From Mobula hypostoma (lineage: Eukaryota), in the NCBI RefSeq assembly GCF_963921235.1, contig NC_086097.1, positions 140,432,001-140,496,000 of the forward strand: DNA of 64,000 bases. The letters are read 5' to 3'. Below are positions 38,875-51,679 of the stretch, piece after piece. The first letter of the stretch is position 1. Each line of letters begins with the position of its first letter. The position numbers and the translations under genes were made by a program. The notes beneath the pieces were generated by a model that did not search any database, had not been told where the DNA came from, and saw nothing but the letters and a program-made list of their open reading frames with translations.

Positions 38875-41800
38875 TACATCTGTTCTCTGCATTTAGTTTC
38901 AACTCACCCAATGGAGAAAATGTAATTCAGACTCAGTAAGCAGATGTACCCCTACTCACTGGGCTCGTAAGCAAACTTAGCTCATTAGCCTGCTCTGCTA
39001 ATAGCCATGTGACTCAGCAGTGAGAAGGCCACCTTTCATAAACAATTAACGTCTAGGGTCAGTATGATTTGGGGTTTAACCAAACAGGAACGTCGTGATG
39101 TTCTGATTAAAGAAACCTCAACTGGTGTGAATGCTGTGTAAATCCTGCCCATACACAATTATTGGTTGGCAAGAAATAACACATCGTACACCACATAAAA
39201 TTATAAGTAACTTACAAATTTCAGCTTTATTAAACAGTTAGTAGAAAAAAAAAGAAATAAATAAAAAGGCCAATTACAGTTAAACCAGTTCAATGTGCAC
39301 AATGACCATTGGAGCCCATACTGCAGTTGCCATTTACTCATGTGCTGGACACACGGTTTGCATGAAAACACATGCTGCATTCCGAATTTCACTCGAAATC
39401 CTTCTCAAACAAACTGGCTCTCCCTCAGGAGCATCAGCCTTTCCTCCCTGGAGCCATTCATCTGCACAAAAGGACTTTGTTGAACACGGACTCTCCTTCC
39501 AATGGCATTCTATGGCATCTTCCTCTCTCAGCTCCCACCAAGAGACCTGCGACCCAGACTACTGTCCATCACCAAACACTTTCCACCCTGCTTTCTCTGG
39601 AGCTTTCCTCGATCCCACCATCCTGATTGGCTGACACAACATTCCCAAGTTGAACAGCATGGCATCTTATCTCTAGCCAAAACCAAAACATTCTACCAAC
39701 GTAACACACCACTTTTGCAGAAAACTGCTAAAATGCAGCAGTAGAAATACAAAGTTTAACACAGCTTTGCCAAATAGTTTAATTATGTAAACACCACAAG
39801 TAATGTAAAGCAGCACAAATAATAAAACTTAGCAAGTGAGAAATACAAAATAAAAAAACAATACTGTGCATTGATATAGCCTTCATAAGCCAATAATCAT
39901 ATATTGCTTTAGCTTCTCACTTTAACTTCTGCTGGCATACATTTCTCCCCATCATTGACTCTGAAAGCCTCACAGCCCAGCGATCACTCACAGGAGTTCT
40001 TGGCCCAGCCTACAGGAGATGATCAGTGTCCCTCATGAGTTATTCTAAGATATCTGGAGATGCTTTGCTGATTTAAAAATGAGACAGTATTTTTGCTGAA
40101 GTTGGCTCAAATTTTACAGCTGACAGCTTGTTTTATAAATAACGTATCATTAAATGCTTCTAGATTTTTCCTGAAACAAGTTTTGTATGTTATTATTGTT
40201 TACTTGACGCAGCTATTTTGGCAAGAATTTTTGGTAATCAGCCCGAGCTTTGACTTTTGAAAGATGTTACTTTTATTTCAAATTTCTTTGTTTTTTTAAG
40301 CTCTTGTGAGCAGAAAACTAATCTACCTTACCTAGTGGGTAAAAAAAAATCTGTTGCATCAAATTTCAATTTATCATCACTCAGCTTAGGAGGTTGGTGC
40401 CTAAAAGTGCTGTCTGAACAGTGAAAGTGGAGATAGAGTCTGAGAAAATGAAAGGCAGCCAACAGACTTCAAACAGTATCACATCTCTTGACTTAATTCC
40501 GGCACTGTGATAAAAGAATATTTGTCTCTTAAATTAGCTTTGCCAAATATTTCTAAAGTTCATATAGTATGGCATCAGTTTTATGGGACATCTTTGCGAC
40601 ATTAGCAACAGTATGTTCAATGCAATGCAAAAACTAAACTGACATCGTATCTTGTGTGAAGCTATACTACCCTGTTTTTAAAGCTAATATTAAAAGAAAT
40701 AATTGAATGGTACATGGATTGAAATAATAGTTCAATGAAGATCAGTTTAAGAAAAAGATTTGCATTTGATGCATTTACAGTCTACACAAAAGGAATTGTA
40801 GAACAAAGGACAACTCATTTAAGCACTGTTGACAGATTGTCTCTAATGTAAGGACAATATTGTAGGTAAGGCAAGCAAAAAGTAGAAAGGAATCAAATGA
40901 TCCATAACAGACAACAATGGAAAGAAAGCTGCTTGTCAAAGCTTTGGCTTTGGTTGTTGCAGAGTTTTTTTGTTAGATTTGAGTGAATCATTAGGTTGCG
41001 CTAGACAAAATAAATTAGCTGTAACATCCCTAATGGACAAGATGGTCCAACATTCTTATTGCTAATAAAATAATCCCACTTAATGTTCAACTCCAAACCC
41101 TTATAAAGTAGCCGTCTCTTCTGCCATTTAAAGCTGAATACTAAATAAACAGAAACGCACAAGAAACTGGATAACATTAGAGAACAAAATGATTAAATTA
41201 TTTAATTTGAAACAAGTTATTTATTTATAATTGGTCTGAACAAAATTAAATGGTTCAGATTTGTACCTTTGAGCCTGTACTGCATTAACTATACCTTCTA
41301 GTTGTCAACTAGATTTTTCCAGTTTGCTACCTCAAAATCCTGCAAATTTTTAATTTTTTCTACCAAATCTCTTAACTTCTTGGTTATAAAAAGAATTACA
41401 CATTTCTCCATTCTCCTCTTCCAACAAAAGAAAGACAGTAATCTTCAGTGCTGTCCAGTTCTCCTAATGTACCCAAAACTGGACAGCAAAAGTATTAATC
41501 AATTGAGAAGATCCACTGCCACATCTAAGCTACTTTTCCTTCCTGAAATAAAGACAGGGGTTATGACAACCAAGAATCACAATAAGTCTTAAAGGTGAAG
41601 ATGGAGATGGGGATACCAAGAGATTTCAGGAAGACAATGTTAGGTATCAGATTTTAGCCACTAATAGTAAAGAAAGGAAACTGGGGATGTGTTCAAGGCT
41701 AGAATTGGAGAGGAGCAAGTAACTTGGAGTGTTACTGGCACAGGAGGTTATAAAGAAACAATGCAATTTGAAGCCAAGGATGGAATATTTAAATCTGGAG

Positions 41801-42225
41801 CTTTGCTGGGCGTGGAACCAAAGGAAGTAAAAAAAAATTGAAGATGGGTAGACAAAGTCAACTAACGTGCTAGAAATATAAAACTAAGGATCTAGCGAGA
41901 ATGAAGTGAAGGAAAAAAAATATTAGTCAAAAAATAATACGTCAGAAGCTGATGAACTTAAAAGTGAGTAAAATTAATTTTTTTAAATTTTATTTTTATT
42001 TGGATAAGCAATTCACAAATATCATGTACTTTTTTCACACATATAACCTTTTCCATTTTTTTATATGTATAAAACTATAATTATTTATACATTTTTAAGT
42101 ACACATTGAGATGATATAAAAGTAAATTAGACACTTAAATAGATAATTATGTACTGTGGTAATTCTGATCTATTAGGCTAAGTAATCGTATTAGTTGTTA
42201 AGAAAAATGGTAATAATAGTTACCA

Positions 42226-42390
42226 AACAACAGGAATTCTGCAGATGCTGGAAATTCAAGCAACACACATAAAAGTTGCTGATGAACACAGCAGGCCAGG
42301 ACCTGACGAAGGGTCTCGGCCTGAAACGTCGACTGCACCTCTTCCTGGAGATGCTGCCTGGCCTGCTGCGTTCACCAGCAACTTTTATTT
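42226..42390. mobile_element. 165-bp Penelope-derived fold-back insert in the L1 3' UTR
   Basis: 13-bp TSD ataatagttacca (42213-42225, 42391-42403). 32-bp inverted arms at 42269-42300 and 42357-42388 match at 30/32. Confidence 0.9.
42302..42335 (+). ncRNA. Minimal hammerhead-ribozyme core
   Basis: CTGACGA (42303-09), AGG..CCT helix II, GAAA (42323-26), ACGT palindrome, GTC triplet ending 42330. The 5' strand of helix I is missing. Confidence 0.7.
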
Positions 42391-42709
42391 ATAATAGTTA
42401 CCATATAACTCTTCTGGACCATTTCCACTGGTCCAAAATGTTGTATATAAGCCTATGTAACAACCATTGTAGGTGTTTATATCCTAATTTGTTCATGCTT
42501 GCTCCTGCCCGCAGACATAATTATCCAATCCCTATGTACTTATTTACTTAATTTTTTCATTTTTTTATGCCTTTCCCAAATCTTTCCCTTTACTTGTGTT
42601 AATTCTCTATTTTCCAAAAAAAACAAAAAAAAAGACATTTAGGCTAGGGGTGCTTACGTTAGCAATATTACTGTGTTGATGAGAAGAGCAGTATAAATCA
42701 TTAGGAGAG

Positions 42710-45700
42710 TCATCTAAAGTCTGCTCGCATTGGGGTTATATATTCAATCCATTTATTCCAGATTTGATAAAATTTTTCTTTTTGAATTCTCAGGGAGTAA
42801 GTCAACTTTTCCATTTTAAATATTTCCAAGATAATTTCGTGCCAATCTTCTAATGTAGGTGGTATTGGATTTAGCCACTTTCTAGTGATTGATTTCTTAC
42901 TTGCTGCTAAGAGGGCCTGCAGCAACTTTATATCTTCCTTCTGTTCAAGAAACAATACATGCCCCAAATAGAGCGTCTCAAAGTTCAGAGGTATCTGGGA
43001 CCTAAGTACCTTAACTAATGTTCTATGAATACCTTCCCAATATAGACTTAATTTAGGGCAATCCCAGAAAATATGAAAATGATTTGCCTCCTTGGAGCCG
43101 CACCTTCTCCAACACGTCACATTTGTATCTTTATATTTTTCCTGATATGGGGTCTTGAAGTATCTTATAATGTTTTTCCAAAAATGTTCTCTCCAAGTCA
43201 AAGAATTAGTCGAGGACCATTGAAAGCTGCAGATTTTCCCCCAAGTCTCCCCTGAAAGTACCAACCCCGCTTCTTTCTCCCACTTCTCTTTAATATACAG
43301 TGTATTTACATTTTTATCATGGGAGAGTGCATTATATAATCGAGAAACTGATTTACTAGGTATTGAACTGCAAGCCGAATTCAGAATCTTGAAAAATTCT
43401 AATTCTACTGTTGATAGGTCTGTATATCTACAACTCTGGTTAACATAGTTTCGTACTTGAAGGTACCTAAAAAAGTCATTATGTTCTAGGCCATGTTTGT
43501 CCTGCAGGATTTGGAAACTTTGTAATACTCTTTTATCTATAAATGAGAGGTAGGTTGTAAGACCTTTCTTGATCCATAGCTCAAATCTTTTATCTCCTCT
43601 GTTGGGAAGGAATTCGGTATCATATGCACACCATCTAAAGAGTTTTAACATGTTATTAATTCCACATGAATTAACCACCTTCTGCCATACTTTTAATGTA
43701 AGATTTATCCAACTGTTTTTAAATTTTTCCAACTGGGCCATCAATCCTTTGCCAGCTATTGAGGCCTGTAGAGGAAAACTGTCAACTAATCCAAATTCTA
43801 TTTCCTTTCATCTAGCCTTATATTCCCTATTACACCAATATAACAGAGGGGTTATCTGTGAGTCATAAAAATAATTTCTCAGGCAAGGAAGAACCATACC
43901 TCCTTCTTCCTTCCCTAACTGTAAGGTGTTATATTGAATTCTAGGTTTCTTTCCTTGCCAAATGAAGCGGGAAATCCATTTGTCCCATTCCCTGAATTGA
44001 TTATCATCCACCTCCACCGGTAAAGTACGGAAAAGATACAATAACCGAGGAAGAATATTCATTTTTATAGTATTTATCCTTGAATTTAAACTTAAAAAGG
44101 GGAGAAGATTCCATCTATGCATATCTGCTTTTATCTCTGAGATTAATGGCCCATAATTTACCTGTGACAGTGTTGAAAGATCCTTCGGCAGGGTTATTCC
44201 TAAATATTTTAATGATTTAGCTTCCCACTTAAGATCGTATGTATCCTGCAATTTTTTGGATGGTGTATAATTTAGGGACATAACCTGCGTTTTCTTTACA
44301 TTTATTTTATAACCTGATATTTTCCCAAAGTCATCCAACAGTGTAAACAATCCTATAAATGATTTTTCTGGTTCACTCAGATAGACTAAAACATCATCTG
44401 CGAATAACGCCACTTTCTGTTCAATCCCTGCCACCTTGATACCTTTTACGATTTCGCTCTGTCTTATTAGTTGGGCAAGCGGTTCAATATATAGCGCAAA
44501 AAGGAGAGAAGAAATTGGGCATCTCTGTCTAGTGCCTCTCTCTAAGATGAAGGAGTCAGAGAGGTCCCCATTTATCTTAATTCGGGCTGTAGGGCTGTCA
44601 TATAGAGTCTGAATTACTTTAATAAACTTTTCTTGAAAGCCGAATCTTCCTAACACTCTGTATAGGAATGCCCACCGAACCGAATCAAAAGCTTTCTCAG
44701 CGTCCAATCCTACTACCATTGTCTCTGTCTCATTCTTATTAACCTGTTCTAATATGTGCAGAGTTCTCCTTATGTTGTCCTGTGTTTGTCTTTGTTGAAT
44801 AAATCCAGTCTGGTCGAAGTGGATTAGGCCACGTAAAAGTTTTTCCAATCTGCGCGCTAATATAGATGTAAATAGTTTGTAATCTAAATTAAGAACACTA
44901 ATTGGCCGATAATTGCCACATTCTAGTTTATCTTTACCCTCTTTAGGAATAACTGAAATAATCGCTTCTCTCCAGGAAGGTGGAGTTTCTCCTCTCTGCA
45001 AGATCCAATTAAAGGTGTTAAGTAGTAATGGGGCTAACTGTGTCTTCAGGGACTTATACCACTCTGCGGTAAACCCATCAGAACCCGGGGACTTTCCAGC
45101 CTTTAACCTAGAGATGGCCACGTTCAGTTCTTTGACAGTTACTGGTTCTAATAAACTTTAATTTTGTAAATCTGTAAGTTTAGGTAGATCTAAAAAATTC
45201 AATACACTGCCTATATAGGGCTCACTGGGGGCCCAGGGTTGGGAGTACAGCTCTCGATAATAGGTTTCAAAACTCTCTTGAATTTTCCCTATTGTACTCT
45301 CCACAAGCTTTGTCTTTGGATTCTTTATTTTATGAATTGTATTGTCTGCTTGTTGTTTTCGTAATTTATATGCTAATAATCTAGCTGATTTACCTCCTAC
45401 TTCATAATTCTTTTGTCTCAGGTAAAGAAAATTTCTTTGAGTTTCCAACGTATAAATATCGTCAATTTCACTTTGCAATTTCCTAATTTCCTGTTTTCGA
45501 TTTGAATTACTTTTGTTGCTATCTACAACTTGAAGTTGTTTTAATTTTCCTTGAAGGCCTGCTAATTTTTGTGCATTGATTTTTTTCATGTGAGTAGAAA
45601 TGGAAATAATTTTCCCTCTCAGTACAGCTTTCAATGTATCCCATAAAATCACTGGTGATGTTTCTCCCGTGTCATTAAGGTCTAGATATTCTTTGATTTC

Positions 45701-46498
45701 TCCCCTTAATCTCTCCATTACTTTTGGGTTATTGAGTATATGTGAGTTTAGCCTCCATAGTGTTTTCCTCATTTTCCTTTCCAGGATTAGAGACATAGAG
45801 ACTGGGCTATGATCCGACAGATCAATTGTTGCAATATTACAGTTTTTTATCCTGAGTCTATCTGTATTAAAGATAAAGAAATAGTCTATCCTTGAATAGG
45901 CTGAATGAGGGAAAGAGTAATATGTATAATCTTTACTAGTAGGGTGCAATTCCCTCCAGACATCAATAATTCCCAACTCCTCCATCAATGAATTCATTTT
46001 CCGAGTCAGAGGTTTATTCTGAGTAACTATTCTTGAAGAATCTAATTTAGGATTTAATCTAATATTAAAATCCCCTCCACAAATTACTACCCCTTGAGAA
46101 CTAACCATTAGGTCAAAAATGTGTCTTTCAAATGACCATTCACAACCTGGAGGAGCATAAACATTCAGCAATGTTATTTCTGTACCTTCTATTCTTCCTG
46201 TGATTTTTACAAACCGTCCTTCTTTGTCTTTAGTCTCTGAAATATGTTCATAATTAAGAGTACTTGATATTAAAGTAGCTACCCCTCTTTTGTGACTCAA
46301 TTTATATGATGAATAAAATACATGCTTAAAGCCCATTCTTTTTAATTTTCCATGTTCAGATTGGCTCATATGTGTTTCCTGGAGGAAAGCCATTTGTGCC
46401 CTCTCTTTTTTCAATTTAGACATAATCTTATTTCTTTTAATTGGATTCAAAACCCCATTAACATTATAGGAAATTATGTTTACCAATTCAGTTTGCAT
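42710..46498 (-). pseudogene. L1 ORF2 (APE endonuclease + RT + Cys/His C-terminus), one frame with two in-frame stops
   Basis: The three ORF-track pieces share one frame. Stops are TAA at 45158-60 and TGA at 43808-10. Motifs SYNVNG, LQETH, GGDFN, SRIDY, SDH, LDAEKAFD, FADD, CWRRC...HIFWDC. Confidence 0.93.
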
Positions 46499-46861
46499 TT
46501 TTCTCTAGTAGAAAAAAAAACACTCTCCTTTTCTAACCAAACAGTAAGCAATCACTTCTCAACAGTAAACCAAGACATATAACCACACCCTAGACATTTT
46601 TGAACGTGTAACATTTGAAAATTTTTCCCGACTTCCCACAGTGAGGCCTAAGCACCGACCCACCTCAGTTCAGAGGGATAACCTCCATCTTCACCCTGTG
46701 TTAGAGGGCCCTCAGCAGTTTGAATAATCATAGAGAATTTTCTCCTATTTATGTCTCAACCAAATTGCTATCATTCAAGTTATTCCGCCTAGTTTATTTT
46801 CAGTTACCAGTTTTCATTTTACCTTTAAGTCCGATTTATTTTTTTCAGTCATTTCTCTTAA

Positions 46862-47848
46862 TTAATCTGTATTGTCTGTACATTTGCGTCTGAATATTTG
46901 CAGCTTTTCCTTGTAGTTTGACACTCTGGTTCGAGTGGAGCGTCCTCGCCCCACTAACTGCCACGACTTCTGCCAAATCCTCTCCAGTAGCGACTCCGGT
47001 TGGGTGATAACTTTAATAGGTAGTCCCCGGTCTGCCAGGTCCGACGTTGCCTCCTCTACCGTAGCGTAAGTTTTTATCCCTTCGTCGTAAAAGACTCTCA
47101 GCCGAGTTGGATACAGGGTCTGGAATCTGATGTTGTTTTCCTTCAGGACTCTCCGTGTTTCCGTATATTCCTTCCGTCTGGCAAGAATCCCCGGTGCGTA
47201 GTCGTGGTCTAAACTGATTTTACAGTTGTTCCACATGAAACCTTTATTTTGCCATGCCCTTTTAAGCACCTCTTCCTTCGTTCTGTAACTGAGAAATCTG
47301 ACCAGAATCGATCTGGGCTGGGCGCCTGCCGGAGGCTGTAGTGCCAATGCGCGGTGAGCCCTTTCTATCTGTAGGTCTTTTGCGGCCGGTATATCAAGGT
47401 TCTCTCTAAGCAGCTTCTCCACGAAGGGAATCATCAATCCGGGTTTACCTTCGGTTCCTTCAGGAACTCCGTAAATCCTCACATTTTCCCTTCTTGAGCG
47501 GCCTTCTTGATCTATTAGTTTCCACTGGAGCTGGTCTTGCAGCTTCAGCATTTCTGCTATCACTTCCTCGGTGTTTTGTAGCTTCTCTTCAATTCCAACA
47601 ATCCTCGCTTCGGCTTCTTCTATCCGCGAGTTAGTTTTTACTATTTCTCCTTTAATATCCTCCAGCTGTTTGCTGTTATCTTGTCGGAACTCGCGAATCT
47701 CTCCGAGAATCAAAGACAGAGTCACCGATTCCCCCTCATTATCTCCGTCCTGGCTTGCCGTGGGGGAGCTAGGCCCGTCGCCTTGCTGCGTCTCTTTATG
47801 TTTATCAGCCTTCGGAGCGGACTTTTTAATCTTGTTCTTAGACATCAT
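46862..47848 (-). CDS. L1 ORF1p (coiled coil + RRM + CTD), intact 328 aa
   Basis: Motifs EGRSRRENVRIYGVPEG, IERAHR, PRSILVRFL, LYPTRLRV typical of L1 ORF1. Confidence 0.92.
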   Translation of the reverse strand: MMSKNKIKKSAPKADKHKETQQGDGPSSPTASQDGDNEGESVTLSLILGEIREFRQDNSKQLEDIKGEIVKTNSRIEEAEARIVGIEEKLQNTEEVIAEMLKLQDQLQWKLIDQEGRSRRENVRIYGVPEGTEGKPGLMIPFVEKLLRENLDIPAAKDLQIERAHRALALQPPAGAQPRSILVRFLSYRTKEEVLKRAWQNKGFMWNNCKISLDHDYAPGILARRKEYTETRRVLKENNIRFQTLYPTRLRVFYDEGIKTYATVEEATSDLADRGLPIKVITQPESLLERIWQKSWQLVGRGRSTRTRVSNYKEKLQIFRRKCTDNTD

Positions 47849-47949
47849 CCTTGCCCCTTTTATTAATATAGTTATGCAATATTAAGCATTTGTCTAAATT
47901 TGATTTTGGGGCAGTTTACCTTCTTTTTTGTCGAGAGACCTTTTCCTTA

Positions 47950-47983
47950 CGCCGCCATTCCCTTGATGACCCGGAAGTCCTCC
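47950..47983 (-). promoter_or_regulatory. Putative L1 internal promoter elements (ETS-like CTTCCGG, YY1-like AATGGCGGC)
   Basis: Element 5' end reads GGAGGACTTCCGGGTCATCAAGGGAATGGCGGC. Motif match only. Confidence 0.45.
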
Positions 47984-48469
47984 AAAAGTGAGTAAAATTA
48001 ATAAATTTGTTTATTATTGCCACATGTAGGAGGTACAATGAAAAACTTGCCTTGCATACCATTCATATAGATCAATTCATTATATCAGTGCATTGAAGTA
48101 ATACAAAGTAAAACAACAACAGAATACAGAATAATGTGCTACAGCTGCAGATTGTGAGGTCAAGAATCCATCTTATCCTACTAGGGAACCATTCAATAGT
48201 CACACAACAGCATGATAAAAGCTGTCCTTGAGCCTAGTGGTACACGCTTTCACGATTTTATATTTTCTGCCCAATGGAAAAGGGAGGAAGAGAGAACGTA
48301 TGGGTGGGTGGGTGGTGTCTTTGATTACGCAAGTTGCTTTACCAGCAACAAGAAATGTAGACAGAGTGCATGGAAAGGAGGTTGGTTTCCATGACATTCC
48401 CAGTTGTGTCTGCATCTCTCTGCAATTTCTTCCGGTCACAGGTGGAGCAATTTCCTAACTAAGGTCTGA

Positions 48470-49505
48470 AGCATAAGACAGAGGAACAGAATTGCCACTC
48501 GGCCCATTGCCTCTGCCCCACAATTCCATCATGCTGATTTATTATCCCTCTCAAACCCATTCTCCTGCCTTCTCCCCATAACCTTTGGTGCCCTGACTAA
48601 TTAAGAAACTATCAATCTCCACTTTAAACATACTCAATGACTTGTCCGCCACAGCCATCTGTGGCAATAAATTCCACAGATTCACTACTCTCTGGCAAAA
48701 GAAATTCCTCTTCACCGCTGCTCTATATGGATTTCCCTCTATTCTGAGACTGTGCCCTCTGGTCCTAGACTCACCTATTAAAAGAAATATCCTTTCCATA
48801 TTCACTCTATTTAGATCTTTCAATATTCGATAGGTTTCAATGAGATCACACTTCATCCTTCTGAACTCCAGCGAGTACAGGCCCAGAGCCATGAAAAGCT
48901 CTTCATGTGTTAACCCTTTCATTCCGGAATCATTCTCCAGAAACACCTCTGGACCTTCTCCAACACCAGGATAAATTTTCTTAGATAAAAGACTCCAAAC
49001 TCCACACAATATTCCAAGAGCAGTCTGACCAATGCCTTATAAAGCCTCATCATCACATCCTTGCTCTTGTATTCTCGTCCTCTCAAAATGAATGCAAACA
49101 TTGCATTGCTTTCTTTACTTCCAAATCAACCTGCAAGTTAACCTTCAGGGAATGCTGCACAAGGACTCCCAAGTCCCTTTGCACCTCTGATTTTTGAATT
49201 TTTTCCCCCATTTAGAAAATATTCTACACCTTTATTCCTTCTACCAAAGAGCATGACCATACATTTCTCTATACTATATTCCATCTGCCACTTCCTTGCC
49301 CATTATCCCAATCTGTCAAAGTCTTTCTGAAGACTAAACTTGGCCACAAAGCCATCAATTCCATCATCCAGAACATTGGCATATAACGTAAACTACCAAA
49401 ACCTGCAGAACACCACTTGTCACCAGTGGTCAGCCAAGTTAGGCCCCCTTTGTTTCTACTTTTTGTCTCTTGTCAGTTAGCCAATCTTCCATCCAGGCTA
49501 GCAAC
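48470..49505 (-). mobile_element. CR1 3' fragment nested in a decayed Rex1-like LINE (~48005-49830)
   Basis: LYKALVRLLLEYCVEFG, LGLYSLEFRRM, SRTRGH, RVVNLWNLLP. Confidence 0.85.
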
Positions 49506-50039
49506 TGGACAGAATGCTTTCTATGATGTATGATAAAAATTGGTGAGTGTCAAAGGAGTCATGCCAAGATTATTTAGTGTCCTGAGGAACTAGAGTGACT
49601 AGTGAGCATGGCATCTACACGATTGGACCAGGATGGGGTACTGGTGCTGTTAGCTCTAAAGAATTTGAAACTCTTAGCCCTCTCAACATTAGCATTGTTG
49701 ATGTGCCCCCCACCCCCAAAGTCAAATACCAACTCTTCTACTGCTATTGAGGGAAAGGGTGTTGTCATGACACCATGTTACTAGACCGTGTCTTTTCTGT
49801 ATTCTGACTCATTGTCAAGATACAGCCCAGTATGGATTCTCAAGGACCGAATGATCTACATCCCCATAGTTTTCTGAGGCAGTCGATATGCCTGTTCTGT
49901 TTTTATTCATTTTACTGAGGGGGAAGAAGGGATGTGAGAGTTGATGATTGTGCTGTCGTTCTTTTCTTTCTTGGTTTTGTGGCTATCTGGAGAAGAAGAA
50001 TCTCAGAGTTGTATACTTTGATAATAAATGAACCTTTGA

Positions 50040-51557
50040 TCGTGTCCAGACATGCCTAGGAATGTTTAATCAGGCTTGATACTGCATGGGAAGACAGGCT
50101 TTAGAAAGGCTATAAAAGCATCACGCACACACTGTTCTATGCATTGCATTTACATGTATATCGGTTTGTGATCACATTGATGTGCATGTTCTAAGTGAAT
50201 AGCATATTGTGTCTACTCATTACAATAAAGTAATTGTATTTTCACGAGTATTTATGATAGCAAAATGCCTCACCAATGTTGCAACAGCCATGATACTTCC
50301 TGTTATATTTGTGGCAAGCATATACTTAAATCTCAAGATAGAGCATGACTCTTCTTATTAAGACCTACAAGCTCAACTTTGGCTGTAAAATTGGTGACCA
50401 AGACGAAGCCTGGGTTCCTCACACTGTTGCGCAATATGCATTGCCAATCTTGGAACTTGGCTCAGAGGTATTCTGAAGTCAGTGCCATTCGCTGTCCCAA
50501 TAATATGGCGAGAGCCGAAGGTTCCCATGAAAGACTGCTACTTCTGACCAGTGGGTCTGATTTCTCTGCTAAAAACAAGAAATCCATTGAATACCCCAAA
50601 CTCCCTTCAGCCATGAGATCTGTGCCACATGATGATAGTCTTCCAGTACAGAAGCCACCAGAGAAATGAAGTCTGGAGAAGGCAGACGAAGAAGTCATGA
50701 TGCATGAGCCAGGAATGGAAAACAACACTGATACAGATTTTGAACCTTTTATGTCAAGTAAGCCTCATCTGATAACTCAATCAGAGTTAAATGACCTAGT
50801 CAGAGTCTTTGGTTTGTCAAAGATAAAAGCAGAATTACTGGGTTCAAGACTGCAAGGATAGAATCTGCTGTCACCAGACAGAAAAATTTCCGTGAAGGAT
50901 TTTGATATTTGAGACAAATGTTTCCCCAGAATAACTGATGCCAAGTTCAAGGAAGGCATTTTTGTTGGTCCACAAATCAAATAGGTCATCAATGACAGGC
51001 AATTTGAAGACCTTCTAGTGGAATTGGAGAGAAAAAAAATTGCATGGAATGCATTCAAGGATGTTGAAATTTTTCTTAACAACTGCAGAGCACCAATCTA
51101 CAAGCAGCTGGTTGACAACGTGCTTCAAGCATACAAAACCATAAAGTGCAACATGTCAAAGATTCATTTTCTGCATTCCCATTTAGACTTCTTCCCTGCA
51201 AATCTTGGCACTGTCAGTGACGAGCATGCTGAAAGTTTTCACCAGGACAGTGTGGACGTGGAGAAATGGTATCAAAGCAACTGGAATCCATCCATGCTGA
51301 CAGATTATTGTTGGACACATAAGCGAGAAGTCTCAGACGCAAGAGTATAAATGATAATCAAACATTTTTAGCTTTGTTGAACTATTGCAAAGCGTCAGCA
51401 CCATTAAGCAATTATACTTGATAAAGTTAATTTCGTGCTTTTCAAAATTCCTATGTGGTACAAGTAGTCTGAACTTCTGTTCAGCTTCAAGCTGTCTATC
51501 ATAACCACAAAAAAATTCTGAGGAAGCAACACCTTTGAAAAAATTTGTTGTCCAGTG
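50040..51557 (+). mobile_element. Internally deleted DNA transposon, Chapaev3(CMC)-like
   Basis: N-terminal C..S.DT.CYICG (~50265), IEYPKLPSAMRSVPH, KAELLGSRL, C-terminal KIHFLHSHLDFFPANLGTVSDEH.E.FHQD...MLTDYCW. Right end ...tttgttgtccagtg. Family name is from recall; left TIR not found. Confidence 0.65.
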
Positions 51558-51679
51558 TTTAAGAGAACTTTCTATAAATTCCCACACAGGAGGCTGATCA
51601 ACAAATAAGAAAAACAAAATAAAGGCAACATACTGACATGGATTAAGAATTAATAACTGAACAAAAAAGTGAGAATAAA

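Larger units (their letters stand above)
41979..47983 (-). mobile_element. Full-length L1-clade LINE (~6.0 kb), young
   Basis: 19-bp perfect TSD aaaagtgagtaaaattaat (41960-41978, 47984-48002); ORF1 plus ORF2; AATAAA and A-rich tail at the left end. Confidence 0.97.

Noticed and set aside
38945..39706. Possible second solo LTR (ends cgtaaca)
   Set aside because: I could not define a matching left terminus or TSD. It may be a repeat but is unsupported.
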